Assembly: GCA_011364905.1 (NCBI GenBank)
Contig: RDNZ01000007.1
Location: 32,742-96,741 of the forward strand
From: Candidatus Thorarchaeota archaeon
Lineage (GTDB): Archaea; Asgardarchaeota; Thorarchaeia; Thorarchaeales; Thorarchaeaceae
Reading direction: 5' to 3'
DNA length: 64,000 bases
Part shown: in pieces, positions 36,270 through 46,761 of the stretch
Position numbering within the stretch: position 1 is the stretch's first letter
How the letters are laid out: every line of letters begins with the position of its first letter
Program-made: the position numbers and the translations under genes
Notes under the pieces: model-generated
Told to the model about the DNA's origin: nothing
Seen by the model: the letters and a program-made list of their open reading frames with translations, nothing else
Databases searched by the model: none

Positions 36270-37151
36270 TTGGAAATCAAGAAAATTGCAGTTTTGGGTG
36301 CAGGTCTGATGGGAAATGGTATTGCCCATGTGTGTGCTCAAGCTGGTTATGAAGTCAAGATGCGTGACATCGACCAGAAATTTGTTGACAAAGGTATTGC
36401 AACCATCAAGAAAAATCTAGAGAGAGGCCTTCAGAAAGGTAGAATCACCCAGAAGGAGATAGATGAGATCCTAGGGAGGATTGAAGGAATTCTAGACTTG
36501 AAGGAAGCGGTCAAGGATGCAGACCTCGTCATTGAAGCAGTTCCAGAGATTGTCAGTCTGAAGATTGATGTCTGGAAAGAAGTTGATGCGGCAGCGCCCG
36601 ATCATGCTATCCTAGCTTCCAATACTTCAAGCATTAGTATAACACAGATGGCAGCAGCGACCAAGAGGCCTGGGAAGTTCATTGGGATGCATTTCTTCAA
36701 TCCAGTCCCAGTCATGAATCTTGTTGAGATCATCAAGGGACAAGCTACTGATGAAGAAACAGCGAAAATTATTGTGGATGTGTCAAAGAAGCTCGGCAAA
36801 GAAACGGTGCTCGTAAATGAAGCACCAGGTTTTGCTGTTAATCGCATTCTTGTTCCTACGCTACTGGAAGCTGTATTCGCAATTCAGGAGGGAGTAGCTA
36901 CCGTGGAGGACATGGATACATCGGTTCGTTTAGGGTTGAACTGGCCAATGGGACCACTGACCCTACTGGACTTTGTGGGTCTCGATACAGCGCTTCATAT
37001 CTCAGATTATTTCGTTGATGAATTCAAGGACAGCAAATACAGAGCTCCAACCCTGTTGCGAAAGATGGTCCGTGCGGGATGGCTTGGTAGGAAATCGGGC
37101 ATGGGTTTCTACGACTATTCTGGCGACAAACCTAAACCAAACAGATTCTAA
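36270..37151 (+). CDS. hbd: 3-hydroxybutyryl/3-hydroxyacyl-CoA dehydrogenase
   Basis: GAGLMGNGIA, IEAVPE, ASNTSS, GMHFFNP, PMGP, LGRKSGMGFY. Confidence 0.93.
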   Translation: MEIKKIAVLGAGLMGNGIAHVCAQAGYEVKMRDIDQKFVDKGIATIKKNLERGLQKGRITQKEIDEILGRIEGILDLKEAVKDADLVIEAVPEIVSLKIDVWKEVDAAAPDHAILASNTSSISITQMAAATKRPGKFIGMHFFNPVPVMNLVEIIKGQATDEETAKIIVDVSKKLGKETVLVNEAPGFAVNRILVPTLLEAVFAIQEGVATVEDMDTSVRLGLNWPMGPLTLLDFVGLDTALHISDYFVDEFKDSKYRAPTLLRKMVRAGWLGRKSGMGFYDYSGDKPKPNRF

Positions 37152-37162
37152 ATGCTTGTAGA

Positions 37163-37184
37163 GACTGGTCCTTCAGGACCAGTC
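37163..37184 (+). terminator. hairpin downstream of hbd
   Basis: GACTGGTCC-ttca-GGACCAGTC, 9-bp stem followed by a pyrimidine-rich run. Confidence 0.55.
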
Positions 37185-37241
37185 CATTTCCTTTCAATAC
37201 GGGCAAACTAAATAGAAGTCTATACGTAAGACACGATAACG

Positions 37242-38093
37242 GTGTGTGACTTGATTTACAAGGAAACTAAATACATTGGCTATGATGGAACAAGGATGTT
37301 CATGGCGCTTTGGCGCCCGGATGACGATAAACCGAAAGCTCTCATCCTTGCCCTTCATGGACTGGGAGGTCATGGGGGAGATATGAGAAACATTGGCGAA
37401 TTTCTCGCAGAACGTGGACTCGCAGTGTTTGCCCCAGACCTGAGGGGCTTCGGGCACTATTCTGGAACAAAGGGACATGTTATGAACTTTGACGAGTATA
37501 TCGAAGACATCGAGAACCTAGTAATGCAGGTGAAGGACACTTATCTGAATAAAATAACGTACATCTTTGGAGCTTCTCTTGGAGGGTTGAATGCTATTCG
37601 GTATGTAGTAAAGTATCCTAGAACAGTCGACGGTCTGTTACTTGAGTGTCCAGCAGTGAGTCAAAAACTGAGCATTGGTGCTGGAAAGCAGTTTGTCGGA
37701 AAAATCCTCTCCGCTCTCAATGTTAAGAGATACGTGGTGACTGGAGTAGAGTATGAAAAAGCATCCAGAAATCCTGACAATGTAAAGAGACTTCAAACTG
37801 ATCCACTAAGAGTGAATATGGTCACACCGCGTTTTGGTATCGAGGCATTGCGAGCGACGAAAGATGCATTTCTCTCTGCAAAAGATATCGTCCTGCCAGT
37901 TCTGCTTCAACAAGCTGGAGATGATAACCTGGTTGTTCCTGAAAAAAGCAAGGAATTCTTTGAGAACCTTAGCTCAGCTGACAAGACCTGGTATCTTTAC
38001 GATGGCCTCTATCATCAGCTCCACGAAGAACCTGAGAAAGACAAAGTGCTTGGAGACCTCTATAACTGGCTTGATAAGCGCCTTCCAGCTTAG
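37242..38093 (+). CDS. alpha/beta hydrolase (lysophospholipase/monoacylglycerol lipase family)
   Basis: HGLGGH, DLRGFG, GASLGG nucleophile, catalytic D and H (YHQLHEE). Confidence 0.9.
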   Translation: MCDLIYKETKYIGYDGTRMFMALWRPDDDKPKALILALHGLGGHGGDMRNIGEFLAERGLAVFAPDLRGFGHYSGTKGHVMNFDEYIEDIENLVMQVKDTYLNKITYIFGASLGGLNAIRYVVKYPRTVDGLLLECPAVSQKLSIGAGKQFVGKILSALNVKRYVVTGVEYEKASRNPDNVKRLQTDPLRVNMVTPRFGIEALRATKDAFLSAKDIVLPVLLQQAGDDNLVVPEKSKEFFENLSSADKTWYLYDGLYHQLHEEPEKDKVLGDLYNWLDKRLPA

Positions 38094-40906
38094 TCTGTTT
38101 TGGACTTTCGGAAATATCCAAAGATTAGGTGCGGAGGAACCAGTAGCGCAGGCATACAGCTAAGAATGACAATAAACCAGTCTTCCGGATTGAGTGGAAC
38201 CGTTTGAAAAAGAACTGCTACTGGCGGGAAGTATATCGTCACCAGCGTCAGAACTAGGGATAGAATAACTGCAGCCGCTAGAACCTTTGACTTTCTCACA
38301 TCAGTCCTCCATACCGGATGATATTCATTCCTACAATTCCACACGAATAGGAGTTCAAAACACACTACACTCGCAAAGACAGCAGTTCGCCCGTGAGTAC
38401 GGACGTATGCCCAGGAGAGACCAGTTATTGGTGAAACGTCAGTGTTCCAAAGGACATCTGGACCTGTAATTCCGGGAATCCATCCCCCATATGCCCAAAG
38501 AGACCAAAACCACATTATGAGTGATGCCAAGAATGCCGCTGCACCTGCGATAAGGATGAAAGATATCATTCCACGGTCCATCATCTTGGCGCCTGGTTTT
38601 CTGGGTGGTCTATCCATCACGCCAGACTCCGGAGGATCAACACCAAGGGCCAATGCAGGAAAACCGTCAGTTGCTAGGTTGAGCCAGAGTATCTGAATTG
38701 CTGTAATGGGTGGAGGTAATCCCAACATGACGACTGTGAATATCAAAAAGACCTCGTCAAAGTTTGCAGCTAGCAAGAACCGCACGAACTTTCTTATGTT
38801 TGAATATATCTCACGACCCTTTTCCACTGCAGACACGATTGTGGCAAAGTTGTCATCGGTCAAGATGACATCTGAGGTCTCCTTTGTAACATCCGCTCCA
38901 CGAATACCCATGGAAACGCCAACATCTGCAGTCTTGATTGCAGGGGCATCATTGACACCATCCCCGGTCATTGCGACAACTTGCCCACTTGATCTCAGAA
39001 AACTCACGATCTGCAGCTTGTGTTCTGGGGCCACTCTTGCAAACACATTACAACGATTCACTGCATCCTGAAACGCCTCTTGAGTCATTTCATCAAGTTC
39101 GGCTCCAGTTATTACTTCTCCATCATTGTCAATTAGTCCAACATCTCTAGCAATCGCGCGGGCTGTTAGATGATGGTCGCCAGTTATCATTATTGGGCGA
39201 ATCCCGGCCATTTTGCAAATTTGCATCGCGTTTCGCACCTCACTGCGAGGCGGATCAATCATGCCAATGAGACCCACAAAGATGAGATTACGCTCAACCT
39301 GCTCAGGCTCCCAACCCGGAATTTCGTGCTCCAAGGGGCGATAAGCAAAGGCTAAGACTCTCAACGCATTCTCTGCGAATCCAGCGTTGATTTGGATTAT
39401 GTTCTCCTTCTCGTTCTGCGTCAATTCTCGAATTTCATTATTCTCATAGATATGAGTACAAAGAGGAAGTAGTATCTCAGGGGCCCCCTTTGCATTCGCA
39501 ACGAGTCTTCCATTCTTGTCCCGAACGATCGACGTCATGCGCTTTCTTGCGGAATCGAATGAGATCTCAGTGACTTCGGTGTTTCGTGACATTGTGTCAT
39601 CATAGGAGAGACCTGCTTTTTCAGCAAGAACAAGGATGGCACCTTCGGTTGGGTCTCCAACAACACTCCAATCATCCTTTCCAGTTGGATTGGTTTGCAG
39701 GATTGAGTTACTACAGAGTTGCCCTATCTCAAGCAGCTTCAAGACATGAGGATCGTCTCTCACACTATAGTCCTCGCTTGCTCGTCTGAATTCGCCTCTC
39801 CGATTATATCCTACTCCACTTACAGAAATGGTCATGCCGTTCACAAACAAAGTTGTCGCAGTCATTTCGTTCTTTGTGATGGTTCCAGTCTTATCAGAAC
39901 AGATGATTGTTGTTGATCCTAGGGTTTCAACGGAGGGAAGTCTTCGAACTATGGCATTTCTAGCCACCATTCTTTGAACACCTATGGCAAGTGTGATTGT
40001 CACTACTGCAGGCAGTCCCTCAGGGATTGCAGACACCGCTAAGGCAATTGAGGCTAGCAATGCATCCATAATGGTTGCAGTGGAGTGCTCAAAAACCTCC
40101 GCTCCAAAGACGATAATACAGAGAGCGATAATCAAAAGCCCTAATTTCTTGCCAAGATCATCAAGGTCGACTTGGAGAGGAGTCATGCTCTGCTCGCTCT
40201 CCTGAACAAGTTCAGCTATTTTCCCGAACTGAGTTTTCATTCCTGTCGCAGTCACGAGGGCTTGACCTTTTCCAGCTGTTATGGTAGTTCCTTGGAATAC
40301 CATATTCTTCATGTCTCCAACAACAGCCTTGCGGAGATAGATAGGATCCAGCATCTTTCGAACCGCTACAGATTCTCCAGTAAGGGGAGCCTCATCAGCT
40401 GACAAACCCACAGCATAAGAAACCCGACCATCAGCAGGTATTAGGTCGCCGGCTTCGAATCCAATAAGGTCGCCGGGTACAATTTTTTTGGATTCAAGTT
40501 CAGTCCAAAGGCCATCTCGCATAACCCGTGCTTTTGGTGCCGCCATCTCTTTCAGAGCTTCTAACGCCTTCTCAGACTTGTATTCTTGCGCGAATCCGAA
40601 TATCGCGTTGAAAATCACAATTGCGGAAATCACAATTGCGTCAATAATTCCACCTTCGTGATTAGTCTCAGATGAAAGCATTGTAGTAAGTACTGAGATT
40701 ACTATTGCAATGAGAAGGATAATTACCATGGGATCCATGAACTGTCGGAGAAACATCTTGATTGGATTAATACCACCAGTTTCAACCAGTTCATTGGGCC
40801 CATATTCCACAAGTCGCTTCTCTGCTTCTGTGGTTGAGAGGCCCTCTTGTGACGATTCAAGATGTTCTATCACGTAGTCAAGATCGTTGCTATACCACTC
40901 AGTCAT
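38090..40906 (-). CDS. P-type ATPase, type II (Ca2+-like cation transporter)
   Basis: TGES, PEGL, DKTGT, KGAPE, GDGVNDAP, LWLNLATD. Confidence 0.95.
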   Translation of the reverse strand: MTEWYSNDLDYVIEHLESSQEGLSTTEAEKRLVEYGPNELVETGGINPIKMFLRQFMDPMVIILLIAIVISVLTTMLSSETNHEGGIIDAIVISAIVIFNAIFGFAQEYKSEKALEALKEMAAPKARVMRDGLWTELESKKIVPGDLIGFEAGDLIPADGRVSYAVGLSADEAPLTGESVAVRKMLDPIYLRKAVVGDMKNMVFQGTTITAGKGQALVTATGMKTQFGKIAELVQESEQSMTPLQVDLDDLGKKLGLLIIALCIIVFGAEVFEHSTATIMDALLASIALAVSAIPEGLPAVVTITLAIGVQRMVARNAIVRRLPSVETLGSTTIICSDKTGTITKNEMTATTLFVNGMTISVSGVGYNRRGEFRRASEDYSVRDDPHVLKLLEIGQLCSNSILQTNPTGKDDWSVVGDPTEGAILVLAEKAGLSYDDTMSRNTEVTEISFDSARKRMTSIVRDKNGRLVANAKGAPEILLPLCTHIYENNEIRELTQNEKENIIQINAGFAENALRVLAFAYRPLEHEIPGWEPEQVERNLIFVGLIGMIDPPRSEVRNAMQICKMAGIRPIMITGDHHLTARAIARDVGLIDNDGEVITGAELDEMTQEAFQDAVNRCNVFARVAPEHKLQIVSFLRSSGQVVAMTGDGVNDAPAIKTADVGVSMGIRGADVTKETSDVILTDDNFATIVSAVEKGREIYSNIRKFVRFLLAANFDEVFLIFTVVMLGLPPPITAIQILWLNLATDGFPALALGVDPPESGVMDRPPRKPGAKMMDRGMISFILIAGAAAFLASLIMWFWSLWAYGGWIPGITGPDVLWNTDVSPITGLSWAYVRTHGRTAVFASVVCFELLFVWNCRNEYHPVWRTDVRKSKVLAAAVILSLVLTLVTIYFPPVAVLFQTVPLNPEDWFIVILSCMPALLVPPHLIFGYFRKSKTD

Positions 40907-41052
40907 TTTGAATACTCCGAGGGCAAAGAAGATTCTACTCTGAGATGCTACTCAGCGCCTGTCAGATGAACAAAAACCTATCGGAGTGGGAAAAACCCGT
41001 TTCGAAAGTGTTAAAGAGATTAAGGAAACGAAGCGCTTGACTACACCATCAG

Positions 41053-41682
41053 GTGAAGAGGATGTCTGAGAAATCAAAGTATAGCTTCAAGTGTTTAGAG
41101 CAAAAATGCGAAACAAAAGCATGCCACATCCGCCCTAAAGTCTTGGTCACTATTGGGGACCTCAATAGATGGATGACTCAGGGATATATCATGAACATTC
41201 TACCGGGAATCACAATCCATATGCCGGGATCAGAAGAAGATACTTTCTATTTTGAAACAGCCAGGAAACCTTTGGAAGCAGATTCCGAGGTCAGTGCCTG
41301 CATTTTCTATAATGAGCAGGCAAATGGATGTGAAATACGATATAGCAGGCCAATCTCTTGTCAAACATTTCCACTTGAGTTCAATGGAGAGAAATATCAT
41401 TTGAGCAGTAAGGATTGCCCCGGAGTGGGAGAAGGTGAAGTCAGCAAGGAGGCACTTCAAGAATCAAGAGACTTGGCTGAAAAGGAATTCAGGGAACGTA
41501 CAGAAACAACGGCTGCTCTCCCTGCAATCTATTCGGTTATGATGAATCAGATAGTGCGACAGTCAGCTGAAGCAATGCAAAACCTTTCTGATGAAGATCG
41601 TAAAAAGATGGATGAGATTCTTGCCAAATCAAGTGAGGACTCAACCACTGATGAAGATGCTACTGAGGACCAATCTGAATAA
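41053..41682 (+). CDS. YkgJ-family Cys-cluster protein
   Basis: ACIFY...GCEIRYSRPISCQTFP, CPGVG. Confidence 0.8.
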   Translation: MKRMSEKSKYSFKCLEQKCETKACHIRPKVLVTIGDLNRWMTQGYIMNILPGITIHMPGSEEDTFYFETARKPLEADSEVSACIFYNEQANGCEIRYSRPISCQTFPLEFNGEKYHLSSKDCPGVGEGEVSKEALQESRDLAEKEFRERTETTAALPAIYSVMMNQIVRQSAEAMQNLSDEDRKKMDEILAKSSEDSTTDEDATEDQSE

Positions 41683-42772
41683 GATCTCTTGGCATGAAAG
41701 TAAGCAGTTCTGGTTTGTAATCGCGAATGCACACTAGGTCTTCAATCCGGATACCGAATTTCCCTTCGAGATATATTCCTGGTTCAATACTATGACACAT
41801 TCCTGATTTCAGTTCCTGAGAATTGCCACGAACCACATATGGCTGTTCATGAACCTCAAGGCCAATACCATGACCGAGTCTATGTGTGAAGTAGTCGCCA
41901 AATCCAGCATCATCAATGATTCTTCGAGCTATACCATCAGCAGTTCCACAAGTCATGCCAGCGACAACTTTCTCGATGGCTGTTTCTTGGGCACGAAGGA
42001 CTGTTGAATAGACCGCTTTGATCTCCTCCGTTGGAGTGCCTGCAACACCTACTCGGGTCATGTCAGTATTGTAGCCATTTAGCTCACAGCCACAGTCCAT
42101 TAGCACCACATCGCCTTTCTTTAGCGCTCTATTTCCCGGTGCAGCATGAGGCAGTGCGCTGTTCTCGCCGAATTGCACAGCTGCGAATGTCGGAGTTGCT
42201 CCCTGACGGCGAATCTCCTTGTGAACTGTTTCTTGCACTTCGAGTTCAGTCATACCAATTTCAGCTTCTTGAAAGGCTTTGAGTACTGCATCATTTATGA
42301 TGTGACCAGCTTGTTTCATTAACTCGATTTCTGAAACTGATTTGGTTATACGCATGGATTCAATCATGGAACTGATTGAAGCTACTTTATGAAAGGCACC
42401 CATGGCATTCTCTAGCGCCCAAAAGACGCCCAATGGAGTATTCGCATCAACCAAAACAGAATGCCCTCCACTCTTATGCCCAACCAAACCTGCAACAACG
42501 GAGTATGGATCTTCATCCTCAGCCCAAGGCAATAAGTCGCCAATCCAAGTGTGAGAAGCGTGGTCTGTCATTTCAAATGCAGGGACAATAATGTGAGGAT
42601 TCTCGCCCTTCTTAATAATGAGAGCAAGAAGTCTTTCACGCATATCATACTTAAAACCAGCAAGGTACTGAAAATTTGGAGACGGGGTCAAAAATGCAAA
42701 GTCGGACCCAGTTGACTCCAGAAAACTCTGAATTTTACTTATCCTCTCTCTGTATACTGATTCGTCAAGCAT
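41660..42772 (-). CDS. pepQ: Xaa-Pro aminopeptidase/prolidase (M24B)
   Basis: ALPH, MDCGC, DMTR, HRLGHGIGLEVHE, EPGIY, RIED; start moved to MLDES. Confidence 0.9.
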   Translation of the reverse strand: MLDESVYRERISKIQSFLESTGSDFAFLTPSPNFQYLAGFKYDMRERLLALIIKKGENPHIIVPAFEMTDHASHTWIGDLLPWAEDEDPYSVVAGLVGHKSGGHSVLVDANTPLGVFWALENAMGAFHKVASISSMIESMRITKSVSEIELMKQAGHIINDAVLKAFQEAEIGMTELEVQETVHKEIRRQGATPTFAAVQFGENSALPHAAPGNRALKKGDVVLMDCGCELNGYNTDMTRVGVAGTPTEEIKAVYSTVLRAQETAIEKVVAGMTCGTADGIARRIIDDAGFGDYFTHRLGHGIGLEVHEQPYVVRGNSQELKSGMCHSIEPGIYLEGKFGIRIEDLVCIRDYKPELLTFMPRDLIQIGPQ

Positions 42773-42892
42773 CGATAAGCTTTCACAACCATGACCAGTA
42801 TACGAACAGTACCACATAACAATGACGGTTGACTCAACATGTAGCGTAAGAACTAGAGTTAATAGGAGGTCGAAGCGCCTCGACAAATACTG

Positions 42893-44269
42893 ATGATAGA
42901 GGCTGATGTGCAAGTTGAGAGCCCTGTAGACAAAAGGCTACCAGCGCGTGCATATATTGTCGGAGCATTAACCCAGTTTGGAGTAGGCTTGTATGCTCCC
43001 TTTATCCAAGCATATTTAATCGACATGCAGGTGGCCCTCAGAGGCGTTCAGAACTTCGCTGAACAAGGAGCATTTCGAAGCGTAGGTAACTTCGCACCAA
43101 CAGTTCTTCAACCAGTATGGGGAGCAACCTCCGATAAGGTGAGAAAGACCAAGGCATTTGTTGCATTCGGTACATTGACAGGTCTTCTTGTTGTCTATAT
43201 GTTCCTCTGGGCTGCAACACCAATTGATTTGATTGTCCTCTATGCGGTCCAATCAATCCTATTCAGCATTCAAATCCCAACCTGGTTATCATTAATAGGG
43301 GGGTTAATGGATGAGAAAAACAGGGGAATTGAGCTTGGTAAGCTAGGGCTTGCTACTAATGTGGCATCTTTATCTGCCACAATGATGTCAGGTTTCATTG
43401 CTGTATTGCCAGCGGTTGTACCGTTGCTCAGAACCCTCTTTGGCCCACTGTTATTCCCAATTCAATTAGGTACTCAGGCTTTTAGAGTTGCATACTATGG
43501 ACCGTTCTTCTTTACAGCCGTGGTGGGAATAATCTCGTCTCTTCTTTCACTAACAATTAAGGAATACACTAAGCAGCGTGATGGACCAACAAGATTCCCA
43601 CCAATTCATCGGTTGATATCGCAACCAGGTGATTTCCGCAGATTCTGTTTTGTGGCTGTGTTCTTCTCATTTGCAATGTCCATGGCATGGCCATATTTCA
43701 TAGTAGTCCAAAAAACTTGGTTGAACAACTCCAACCTTGAGATTGCTATTGCGTCAGCGCTCATGACCCTAGCTACCATAATATTCACCATTCCATTCGG
43801 AAAACTAAGTGACAGGGTAGGAAGAAAGCCGCTGATAATCCTAGGAAGAGGACTATTATGCCTAGTCCCAATAATGTACGCATTTGCTCAAAATGTGTAC
43901 TATGTTTATGCAGCCAACATACTAGCAGGTTTTTGCGTAGCTTCAAGCTTTAATGCCATCACTGCATATATCTACGATATTGCTCCAGAAGCGGAACGAG
44001 GATCTCACCTTGCTGTGTTTAACACGTTCACGGGATTAGTATACTTGATTGGGTCTTTGATTGCAGGATTCGTCGGACAAGCCATTTTTGAAGCATTTGG
44101 AAGCGCTTATTTCTCGGTCTTCATTATGCTGGTCTTGAGTGGGGTTCTTCGATTCTTTGCATCATTCTTTTACCTGCTCATCCGAGAGCCAAGAGAATAT
44201 AGCTCAACCATCTGGCTGGAACTCAGAGCTCGCTTTCCCGGCAGACGTCACGATGCGGATATCGCCTAG
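42893..44269 (+). CDS. MFS transporter
   Basis: GKLSDRVGRK motif A; about 12 TM segments. Confidence 0.9.
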   Translation: MIEADVQVESPVDKRLPARAYIVGALTQFGVGLYAPFIQAYLIDMQVALRGVQNFAEQGAFRSVGNFAPTVLQPVWGATSDKVRKTKAFVAFGTLTGLLVVYMFLWAATPIDLIVLYAVQSILFSIQIPTWLSLIGGLMDEKNRGIELGKLGLATNVASLSATMMSGFIAVLPAVVPLLRTLFGPLLFPIQLGTQAFRVAYYGPFFFTAVVGIISSLLSLTIKEYTKQRDGPTRFPPIHRLISQPGDFRRFCFVAVFFSFAMSMAWPYFIVVQKTWLNNSNLEIAIASALMTLATIIFTIPFGKLSDRVGRKPLIILGRGLLCLVPIMYAFAQNVYYVYAANILAGFCVASSFNAITAYIYDIAPEAERGSHLAVFNTFTGLVYLIGSLIAGFVGQAIFEAFGSAYFSVFIMLVLSGVLRFFASFFYLLIREPREYSSTIWLELRARFPGRRHDADIA

Positions 44270-44334
44270 GATAGACATACTTAAGGAGATGTTATAGAAT
44301 CCACTTTTCTAACAACTAAGAGGATTGCATCAGG

Positions 44335-44685
44335 TTGGATAATGCACCCAGCTTTGAGGACAGTTGGAAAATAGAAATCAGAAGAGGAATTCTTCAATAT
44401 GCAGTCCTTGCCATAGTTAATCGTCATGAGAGAGGTATTCATGGCTATGGGATTGCTCGTGAGCTTGAAGAAAAGACTGACGGACTTCTTCAAGTCAAGG
44501 AGGGTACACTATATCCAATACTTCACCGTCTTCGGAAAGAACGACTACTGAATGTTCATACTGAGAAATCAGAGTCGGGTCCAATCAGGAAGGTCTATGT
44601 CCTAACGGGAGAAGGCGACCGAGTTTTTCGTCAGCTGTCTATTCTTGTTGGAGATATCTTTGAAAAACTGGAGGCGCTCAAATAA
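44335..44685 (+). CDS. PadR-family transcriptional regulator
   Basis: RRGIL, HGYGI, EGTLYPILHRL, RKVYVLT. Confidence 0.92.
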   Translation: MDNAPSFEDSWKIEIRRGILQYAVLAIVNRHERGIHGYGIARELEEKTDGLLQVKEGTLYPILHRLRKERLLNVHTEKSESGPIRKVYVLTGEGDRVFRQLSILVGDIFEKLEALK

Positions 44686-45128
44686 TGAGTGATAAACAAA
44701 TCGATCGTGATATAGAGAATTACATGAAAAGAATAGCTAAACTGCTTCCCGATGGTTTTGAAACAGAAGACCTCTTAGAAGATCTGAGAGCTCATATCTA
44801 TGAATCGTTCAATGCGAAGGTCCAGAAGGAACCTACAGAAGACAAACATCGTTTAATCATGGAAGTACTTCAGGCACTCGGTACGCCTGAGGAAATTGCA
44901 GAGGAATACGGTAAGGAGAAGCTTGCTGAAGAAGAAACGAGTCCAACAGACAGATGGATATACTATACAATGCGACTGACAGTGGCAATCTTAGTCATTG
45001 TGCTAGCGTCCTGGATTGTTTCAGTAATCTCGGAGGGCGCAATAAATTTTGCACTTGCAGTTGTTGTATTGCTTGCCTTTGCACTCCTCGAATGGGTAGT
45101 TAGAACACAACAGACAAAGGATGCTTGA
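44685..45128 (+). CDS. HAAS/DUF1700-like membrane protein (PadR partner)
   Basis: LEDLRAHI...LGTPEEIAEEY plus 2 TM helices, coupled to padR. Confidence 0.8.
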   Translation: MSDKQIDRDIENYMKRIAKLLPDGFETEDLLEDLRAHIYESFNAKVQKEPTEDKHRLIMEVLQALGTPEEIAEEYGKEKLAEEETSPTDRWIYYTMRLTVAILVIVLASWIVSVISEGAINFALAVVVLLAFALLEWVVRTQQTKDA

Positions 45129-45131
45129 TCA

Positions 45132-45701
45132 ATGACGATAAAAACAGTCTATTTTGACAAGGCTTCATCAGCACATACCGAGAAAGTTCTCGACTTGGTT
45201 AAAGACCACTTAGATTCGAATCCAGATATCGAACATCTGATTGTGGCAACAACAAAGGGAGCCACCGGTCTCGTAGCGGCTGAAAAGTTCCAAAACAAGA
45301 AAGTGATTGTAGTATCACATCAGACCGGATTCGCGGCTGAGAATGTGAATGAGCTAACCGAAGAGAATAGACTGAGAATTGAATCATTTGGAGCAAAGGT
45401 GCTCACCGCAACTCACGCATTTGCTGGAGTCGCCCGCAGCATTAGAAAGGAGTTGGGAACATGGATGCCTACTGAGATCATTGCTGTAGCTCTCAAAACA
45501 TTCGGGCAAGGCACTAAGGTCTGCGCAGAGATTGCAATGATGGCTGCTGATGCCGGTCTTGTTCCTGTAGACAAGGACGTAATTTGCGTTGCTGGAACCG
45601 GAAGAGGTGCAGATACTGCATGGGTCATCAGACCAACTTATTCGCAATTCTTTCCAAGAATCAGAATGAAAGCGTGTTTATGCAAACCGTTAGAGTTCTA
45701 G
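45132..45701 (+). CDS. pyruvate kinase C-terminal-like domain protein (MTH1675 family)
   Basis: IVATTKGATG, FGQGTKVCAEIAMMAADAG, AGTGRGADTA. Confidence 0.85.
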   Translation: MTIKTVYFDKASSAHTEKVLDLVKDHLDSNPDIEHLIVATTKGATGLVAAEKFQNKKVIVVSHQTGFAAENVNELTEENRLRIESFGAKVLTATHAFAGVARSIRKELGTWMPTEIIAVALKTFGQGTKVCAEIAMMAADAGLVPVDKDVICVAGTGRGADTAWVIRPTYSQFFPRIRMKACLCKPLEF

Positions 45702-46738
45702 CCGAAGATATCCTCGAATTTGGATAGGTATTCCTTTTGTTCTTTGCTCATTTTTCGAGGGACATAGATGTTCACTCTCACAAGTTGGTCACCAGTTCGA
45801 CCATTCTCTGTATGAACTCCTTTTCCTTTCATTCGAAACAGAGTTCCGCTCTCGGTCCCCTTCTTCACCTTTATCACACTACTTCCCCACATAGTTGGAA
45901 CCTCAACTTCGCCACCCAGGGCTGCAGTTGAAAACGGAATGTCGGTTTCCAAATATACATGGAGACCTCTCCGTACAAAGGCATCATGTTTCCCTACTGA
46001 GAACATCAGGATGAGATCTCCCGGGGGACCTCCTCTGGGTCCAAAGTTACCACCACCTTGGATTCTGATTCCTTGTCCATCCTCTACTCCTGGGGGAATG
46101 GGTACTTTTGTTTCTCTGCGCTCGTCCTGCAGTCCTTGCCCCTTGCACTTAGGACATGGAGTTTCAATTGACTCTCCAAGTCCGCCGCAGGTTGGACATG
46201 TTTGAGCCACTCTCATGAAACCACCCATAGACCGCACTATTTGACCTTGTCCTCCACAAGTACGACATTGTGTGGGAGAGGTTCCTGGTTTAGCTCCACT
46301 TCCACCACAGTTCTCGCAACTAATCTTCCTTTTAAACGCAATTTCCTTTTCCGTACCAAAGAAGGCCTCATTAAAGCTCAATTTTATCGTCATGCGCAGC
46401 GTTTGGCCTGGCGGGGGTCCAGCTCTCCCGCTTCGCCCAAATCCCATGTCCCCGAAGCCTCCAAAACCACGAAAGAGAGAACTGAAAAGGTCGCCAAATC
46501 CACCCATATCAACCCTTTCAAAATCTGCTGTACCATATCTATCATAATTTGCTCGTTTTTCAGAGTCACCTAGGACATCATATGCCTCGTTAATTCGTTT
46601 TAACTTCTCTTCGGCACTTTTATCGGGATTTCGATCTGGATGATACTCCTTGGCTAGTCGACGATATGCCTTTCTAATCTCATCCTGAGTGGCTCTACGG
46701 TCCACTCCTAGAATGCCATAGTAGTCATCTTCGGCCAA
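45698..46738 (-). CDS. dnaJ: chaperone DnaJ
   Basis: HPD J-domain; four CxxCxGxG repeats. Confidence 0.96.
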   Translation of the reverse strand: MAEDDYYGILGVDRRATQDEIRKAYRRLAKEYHPDRNPDKSAEEKLKRINEAYDVLGDSEKRANYDRYGTADFERVDMGGFGDLFSSLFRGFGGFGDMGFGRSGRAGPPPGQTLRMTIKLSFNEAFFGTEKEIAFKRKISCENCGGSGAKPGTSPTQCRTCGGQGQIVRSMGGFMRVAQTCPTCGGLGESIETPCPKCKGQGLQDERRETKVPIPPGVEDGQGIRIQGGGNFGPRGGPPGDLILMFSVGKHDAFVRRGLHVYLETDIPFSTAALGGEVEVPTMWGSSVIKVKKGTESGTLFRMKGKGVHTENGRTGDQLVRVNIYVPRKMSKEQKEYLSKFEDIFG

Positions 46739-46761
46739 AGAGCATCACCTATTACCTGAGC